Origin: Psammoneis japonica
Lineage: Eukaryota
NCBI GenBank assembly: GCA_008632985.1
Contig: QPGO01000024.1
Location: 697,848-723,564, forward strand
Direction: 5' to 3'
Length of the DNA stretch: 25,717 bases
The notes beneath the pieces are model-generated. The model had not been told where the DNA came from and did not search any database. It worked only from the letters and a program-made list of their open reading frames with translations. Both the position numbers and the translations under genes were made by a program. Below, piece after piece: positions 18,427-25,717 of this stretch (its first letter is position 1; the number at the start of each line of letters is the position of its first letter).

Positions 18427-21400
18427 ATGGCAAAGAAAGCAATTTTAGACGTGCTGGAAAGTACGATCGGAAAATACGTCAAGTCTCTCGACTCGGAGAG
18501 TCTCAATGTGGCCGTTTGGAAAGGAAACATCCAGCTTCATTCTCTTGAGCTCAACGTAGATGCTGTAAACTCAGAGCTGGATCGTCAGGCCGCCGAAGCA
18601 CCCAACCTGGCGCTTCCGTTTAGGGTTATGGATGGGGAGTTCAGCAGCCTTGAGGTCGTTGTACCGTGGTCAAGAATAACCAGTAAACCCGTCATACTGC
18701 GAGCGAGAGGATTGAAAGTCCTTGTTGAGCCATGCGATCGACTTTCGCAAAACCACCTGTATGATAAAAGCAGTGCGGATAAAACGGCAAAGAAGACAGA
18801 AGACGCTAGAATTCAATCGTTAAAGCGAGCCGACGCCGCAAGACTGCGGGCCAATGCGCTGCGAAATCTGGCCGATATTGACGTGGCAGCAGGGGACGAC
18901 GCCAATGTCGACTCTACAAACAAGCCAACATCGTTTGGATCCCGTCTCGTTCGAAGAATCATTGAAAATCTTCAGGTCGAAGTGAACGACGTGCATGTGT
19001 CACTCAAAGGTGCAGGATGCTCGGCTGGCGTCGTTTTGTCTTCACTTTCTCTCGTCACCACCGACAAGGATGGAAACAGAAGTTTTGTAGACCGCACGAC
19101 AGCTAGCAAGAATGTCGACAAATCCTTCCTTTACAAAGCGCTTCGTATTCAAGGTCTTGGAGTATATCTTGATGATGAAACCTCCAATTTTGCAATCCCC
19201 ATGTCTGTCCCGGAAGGGCGACAATCGGATGGTTCTGACTCGGTACAGCATTCGTATGTCTTATCTCCGCTATCCTTTGAGGCGAAGCTTCGACAGTCGG
19301 ATCAACTCGAATGTATCGATTTTCCGAAATACTTGCTGTCTTCGGAGCTCTCACAGCTCTCAATATTGCTGTCGCGGAATCAGCTGGAGTTGGGCAACAA
19401 GATTGCGGCGGCCATCAGGCCTTCTCAGAACTTCGCCATACCTCTTTTTCCACAGTATCGTCCCTTAAATAGGGTTAGCGAAGAAACAGCCAAAGAATGG
19501 TGGAGATATGCGGTGCGGTGCATTGGCAGGCTCAATGGTAGGCGCTCTTGGGTCGAGTTTCACACAGCTTTTCAAAAACGCAAGAAGTATATACCCCTTT
19601 ACAAGCGCCATGCTCATCATGAGACTTGCCCTTGGTTGAAGCCTTTGTCGATAGAAGAAGTGGAGACCGTGATAACCACAGAACAAGATCGTGCTATCTC
19701 TGTTGAAGGCATAATGACATGGCGGAACATTGCTGATGCACAAGTCGAACGAGAAAAGAAAAAACACGAATTGACGAAAAAGGTTTCAGATCAGGGCGCC
19801 AAAAAGTCGTATCTGCCGTCCTTTTTCGGGGCGTCAAAGGGCGAAGATGAGTCACCGGACGAGGAAGATCCTCCAATATCCTTGACAGTAGAAGAAATGA
19901 AAGAGCTCGAAGCAATTAGTCTCGAGCAAACCTCTGAATCGGAAGTCTCAACAAATTCAAAGCTTTACGATATCAAGTTTACTCTGGGTGCTTCAAAATC
20001 GATTTGATAACACATGGGATGAGACCTTTGGCGGCATTGGATATGGGCGCGGTGACAACCACATTTGATGCAGCTGCGAACGGATCCTTTCGTCTTTACC
20101 TTTGTATCTCCGGCCTCATGGTTCACGACAAGACTACCCTTAAGAGCCTGTTCCCTACTGTCATACGTAGCTTGCGGTACTCGTCACAAGAGGAGGGGGC
20201 TTCAACCACTGGTGCATTCAACGTTCGCTTGGAAAAGTCGAAGACCGGTGACCAGCAATTGATTCTGCGCATGGCAGCTTTTCAGATGGTGGCCTCATCG
20301 GTAATGTTGAAGGATGTAAAAGCCTTCTTCTCGCTTTCCAATACCGCATCAGTTTCCGCGTCGCAACACTTCAGGCAGAACCCACTCTTAGAAAAGTCTT
20401 TGAGTGGTTCGGTTGATCTTTTTTATGACGCCGGGGCGCATTCCATGGAGGCTGGGGCGGTGGACATTGTTGACGAAACAGCCGCAGCCGCGAGAGCAGC
20501 CAGTGCCGCAGTGTCGGACCAGCTATCTACTGCATTAGCAGATGCCTGGAAAAGTAAAATGAAGACAAAGACTACCTGGATAATTGATTTTGATGTCTAC
20601 GCCCCCATCATTATTCTTCCAGAGAGTTGTGTTGATCCGACTACCGATGTGCTGGTCTTTGATTTGGGTCACTTCAGTTTGAAATACGGCAAGATTGAGC
20701 CACCGCAAAGTATATTGGAATGGTTTTCAAGTCAACCGAAGCGAAGCACTGTGAAACCGGATCCTCTCATGGATTATGGCGAACTTGTGGTGTCTAATCT
20801 TATGTTTGTTACAGGGAAAACAGGTCAGTTGAACTGGGATGACTCTATGACAGAACTAAAGTTGCTTAAAGAAGAGCAGACTGAGGCTGTAATCGAGCCA
20901 CTCTCGCTCAACCTCAAAATGGGGGTAGAAACCGCTCCCAATGACGAGCGCCCCCGCATCTGTACGTTTGGCGTTCTACCTACGGTTTCGCTCCGGATAT
21001 CTCCAGCTCAGGTAAAAAGTACGGTGTCTGTTCTCAGTACTTGGCGAGATGTTCTAGAAGATATGGGTGCAAAGAAAAGTGTTGAAACTGTTGTGGATGC
21101 GGGCGGTATATCCATTCTCGATGAGGTCGAACGTGACGGAGGCCGTGATGCGAGTTCAACGTCAGTGACGAGCTCTATCTTGAAAAGGTCGTCAGCTGGG
21201 TTTCAAGGCACTTCGAAAGCAACAACCATAAGTGAAACACCCACAGGAATTGAGGGTGGTCTCGATGACCTTACTGTTCTGCACTTCTCTATCGCTTTGC
21301 ATCGGCTATCAATCTGTGCCGTCACTGATGACGGGGACGGTTTAGAGGCACACCTGGTTTCTGTGTCGTCGTCTGCGTCTTTGACGGGCGACGGAGGTGC

Positions 21401-24400
21401 TTCTTGTCGCCTGAAAATGGGATGGTTTTGGATTTTGGACCGTTTATCGAGTGACTTTCCACGGGAGCAGCGACTGCTGGCTCATTCAAACCTCCCAAAA
21501 CCAGCAGCGTCATTTGCGGAAAACGACGAGTACAATGTTTTTGCAGAATTAGAGAAGCTTGGTGCCTTTGATGACAGTTTCTCTGGCTCTACAGAACTTG
21601 CAGACATCACTTTGAAAATGTCCGGAAGAAGCTGTTCTAATTCAATCGAGCTGTCTGATCCACTGGCGGCACAATTTCGGAAAGAGAATGAAACCGTGGC
21701 AGTTAATTTTATCGATGCGACATTTTCGAGTTTATATGTTCAATGGAATCCAAAAGCAATCCAGGCAGTGACATCGGTACGGTCAAAATTCTCTCTGCCA
21801 CAGAAGCGGCTGTCGCTACCCGAGGTGTCGCCGCGGCTGTCTGTGATTGAGTCGCCATTAACTTCGCCTCGACGAGAATCTCTCATGAAAAGCTTCGAGT
21901 CTGATGAATTTTCGCTCTCGCAGACGAAAGCTCAGCTCTTTGTTTTGAAGGCCGAGATGAGGCACCTCGAGATATCCTTGAATTCCGCCATAGACGATCT
22001 ACCACTTTTTGAGATGACAATGTCTGACACAAAAGTGAGTTTTCATTCTTCAGAGAACGGCGAGCATAGCAATACGAAGGCCTCGCTTGAACTTGGGGAT
22101 GTTCGAATAGAAGCACCCACTAATGGGAAAACGCGGCAATCGTACAAAACTCTTCTTGGACTTGCCCCGCACCAGTCAACTAGTTTGCTCTCTGTTCAGT
22201 ACAGTATGGGCCGTCAAGCAATCCAATCATTATCACTTCAGGATGAGGGTGTCGATACCTGCGACGCTTGCGCGAAGATTAACCTATCACCCATGAGACT
22301 GGTCTATATACATTCGCAGGTCTTGACGCTGGTTGAATATGTTACGGAGGGCATTTTGGGCGCGCTTTTTGCGAAGGCTGCTTCATCGGCTAAAGATGCC
22401 GCCATTGAAATTGCCAGTTCTGTTATTGGCGGGAAGATTTTTGCCATAAGAGCCGTCGGCGCCGACCTCATCATACCGCAAGCCGCTTACTCTTCAGAAC
22501 ACCTTACCCTCCACGCTGGAGACCTCAACGTACGGTACCATTCTCCTCCTGGCCCGGGTGCTGTTTCAACAGCAAGTCTCGCGCTTTCAGAGGTGTCGCT
22601 GCAAGATGACGCTGGAAGGTCGATGGTAGAAACGCCGATCGCAATGGCTATCGACGTGGAACTGCCACCAATTGGCGAAGGGACAGCCGAACAACAGACT
22701 ATGCGTTTGGTTATAAGAATATCCCAAGCTTCATTTCTGATGTCGAAGGCTCAGTATGAACAGATGATGAATACGCTTGAGTTGAATATTGGCCAAAGTG
22801 ATTCATTTCTGCGCGGTGTTGGCGACCGCACAAGGCTCGTCGATGAAAATGAGGAACACCCTATTGAAATTGGAGCATCTAGCGCATCAACAAAAGTAGA
22901 CGTCGCACCTTGTGCGCATGAAAGTGGTCTCACGCAGGGCATTTCTCATGCTGGCGTTGTGGTAGTAGATAACCAGAGGCGTATCTATATCGATTTCTTG
23001 GTGGACGTCATGTCGCTCGAGCTTTGTGGCGATGATGTCGACGCCCGCATTGTACGATTAGCTGCGGTGAAGACGTCCATTTCATTTAAGATGATACCGG
23101 ACGAAGAAACAAAGCTCGTAGACATGAAATTGCTCAACCTCGTTTGCGAAGATCGAAGATTGAAGGCGGTTGATAGGGAATTCCGATCCCTTGTATCCCA
23201 GGTGGACAATCGCGAAGGCGACGTTGAAAATGACGTATTTCGACTTGCATACGTGAAGAAAGGGAGCAAATCAAGCGAACTCGATTTGCGCATTGGGTCA
23301 CCACGCTTTGTGTTCATTCCGGATGCAATTGCTGACGTGCTGGGCTTCGTATCACTTGAAAGCAGTGGCAGTCTCACGGAAGAGGGCAAGCTCACAGGTT
23401 CGGAAGACTCTTCGTACGACGAGAAAGAAATTGAGGTTCACTTCAACGAGCATGGGGAGGCTGTGGAAACGTCCTTTGTTCCTTCCAGAGAAGATGTTTC
23501 AACGTCTTCTATTTCGATATCCACCGGAAGTTGCAGCGTCGTTCTGGTTGATGTTGGATACTCCTCCAATGCAGTGAGAAGAGCATCGATGGTTCTGTCA
23601 ACTGCAGGGTCTACTGGGCAGGTGATGGAGGCGATCGTCCTTCAAGGAGCATGGAACGCCAAGATGTCTCGTGTGTCTGAAATCGATGGCGGCAGACTTC
23701 TCAGCACGGATATAGAAATGCATGGCGAAGGGATGGAGATATACAGTGCACATGGAAGGTTTCTAGAGAGTCCGTTGCAAATTGTAGAACCCGCAGAGGT
23801 GACTATGGTAGTCGCGATGAAGTCAAGAGCAAGGAATTCTACAGACGTTGACATCAAACTGGTCACCTTATCGCCGATATATATGGTGTTTTCAATGCAG
23901 AACGCAGCTCTCGTGAAAGCCATTAGTTCCGGGTTTTCACAATCTCTCGGATCGGAAGCCAAAGATGAGCAAGTTGTCCACATCAGCGAGCAAGAGGCAT
24001 CACGAATTGAACGACTGGCGCTACAACTTGAATCTCATAGTGGTATCGAAGTTTCGAGCGACGGGAAGGTGTTGCATAGTCAGCCGTCTGAGGCGGCGTT
24101 GTCTTCGGTGACATCGCCAGGTTCCCAAGAGAGTACTGCTTCGCTAAGTTTGGACGTAAAGATGACCATGCCAGAAACAACGATAACGTTCATCAATGAT
24201 CTACAAGGTATGGATGAAGCCCTGTTCAGAACAACAGCTAGGAGCTTTGTGGCCGGTGCTCAGGTCAGGAGCGGCGTTGTTCCTCAGGCTGGATCCACAC
24301 ACCAAGTTACCTTTGATTGTCATGTCAATACCTCTGTTCTGGCGGATTATTTTGATACTTCCACGAATATGTGGCAACAGCTTTTGGTGAAACCTTGGGA

Positions 24401-25717
24401 AATCACAATGAACAGCGCTCGAGGAGTCAGTCGGAGATTTAACTCTCAAAGAATGTCCACTACTGTGGACATCGAATCTTTCCCGTGTCACGTGTCGTTC
24501 TCAGAGCAATTCCTTGTCGGTATTGGCGCTGCAAATCGCATGTGGTCGGTCTATTCTTTGGCTTCCGCTGATGGTACCGCGGAAAAGATTTCGGCAGAAG
24601 CAAGAGAGAAGGTGTTGAGTTCGACTCGCTCTTTGATTACCACCCTACCGTACGCAATTGAGAACCATTCTGGGATTGATGCAATTTTATCTTTGAAGGG
24701 GGAGCGGGGCGTCGAACGCTCTTGCCCTAGTGGAACTGTACAGTACTTTCGATTTGAACCTCCTCGCCGTCAAGGTTGTGGCGGACTTCGGCGATACGGA
24801 CAGGATGTTTCCCAGCTAAAGGGTCTTGTTTTGATGCTGGGTGACAGAAGAATAGAAATAGAAAACATCGACGAGGAGATAAAACAGCCCAGGCACGCTC
24901 ACTCACTAGGATACGGGCGTTTTGTCACGATTCAGGTTGTGAAGAAGGCAAACTACGGTAGGTTTCAAGTGGACTCTAGCTTGCTCCGGATCGATATTTG
25001 TTTCTCCCGATCTCACAAGGTTCGTGTTTTGCATTCCTTGTCGAACCAGGTTCTGCATATCAGCAGTATGGTAGACATACGAAACAACTGCTCGACACCA
25101 ATCCATCTAGCCGTCTTAAAGGATGGCGAGACTCACGATATCGGCTTGTGCGAATGCGAGCACGGAGGCCGGCATAGTACGAGGCGTCGGCCATCCTCTT
25201 TTGCGTGAGTGACGCTCGTGATTCGGAAGCCAGCCGTAGGTTCGGGATTCCAGTTAATTTAGTTGGAAATAGCTGTGGCGGGTCGCTAAAAGAGGACACT
25301 AGTTCTCCTTCGTCACTACTGTTTTCCGCATCTTGTTGGGAAGATGAAAAACGGAGTTATGCGGAGAATCGACCTGTCGTTTTTGCATGAAAGCTTAAGG
25401 CGTGTTGGAGACGGCGCATCGCAACGATTCGAAGTTACGTGCCGGGGGCAGCCTCGTGACAGATCACTATGCGAAGGCTCCAGCGGTATCGTTGGTTACG
25501 ATTCTGATCCCTTTGTGGTGAGAGTGTGCGCTAAACTCCGAATGGTAGACAGAAGTCATCCATTCGTCGATTTAGTTGTTGAGCCAAGAGCGTTTCTCGA
25601 GAACAAGATGCCTGTCAGCATCTGCTGTCGTACTCCAATGCCTCATACTTCAGCACCTCGCGGAAACAAATGAGAAACGAGCAGGGAACCCGGACACCAC
25701 CGTCGACGAAATTCACG
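18427..25717 (+). CDS. VPS13: Vacuolar protein sorting 13 family lipid-transfer protein, 5' part, interrupted by frameshifts and presumably continuing past the window end
   Basis: Chorein-N start (LESTIGKYVKSLDSESLNVAVWKGNIQLHSLEL...VVVPWSRITSKPV...IIENLQVEVNDVH), QYRP...KEWWRYA, DVYAPIIILPE...VFDLGHF, YFDTSTNMWQQLLVKPW, and VAB-like PYAIENHSG and EPRAFLENKMPV. Spread over ORFs 18427-20007, 20004-25208, 25205-25390 and 25344-25673. Confidence 0.9.

Noticed and set aside
19975..20010. Programmed -1 ribosomal frameshift in VPS13
   Set aside because: No X XXY YYZ heptamer, and other frame breaks in the same gene point to errors or decay.
1..25717. CRISPR array, tRNA or rRNA genes
   Set aside because: No repeat-spacer array or recognisable structural RNA seen by eye; the window is eukaryotic nuclear DNA.

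Overview
Eukaryotic, gene-dense window, most likely from a diatom (short GT-AG introns; a fucoxanthin-chlorophyll a/c protein with an ASAFAP-type plastid-targeting presequence). Host genes in order: UBLCP1 phosphatase, QSOX/Erv-type sulfhydryl oxidase, cathepsin Z/X-like protease, two membrane proteins (one TspO-like), an FCP/LHC, an orphan ORF, an S8 subtilase, a LOG-family protein, a hypothetical protein, and the 5' part of VPS13, which carries several frameshifts. The notable feature is a ~2.5 kb Crypton-like tyrosine-recombinase element (~4091-6619) between the QSOX and cathepsin genes. It has an intact ORF with the R-K-HxxR-H-Y catalytic set, a 13-bp imperfect direct repeat at its apparent ends and periodic subterminal motif arrays. 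It also appears hypermutated at TpA dinucleotides (TA->TG/CA, seen as Tyr->Cys/His, Leu->Ser, Ile->Thr), which would be a repeat-targeted mutation process in the opposite direction to fungal RIP. All counts are manual and all homology calls are from motif recognition, not database searches.
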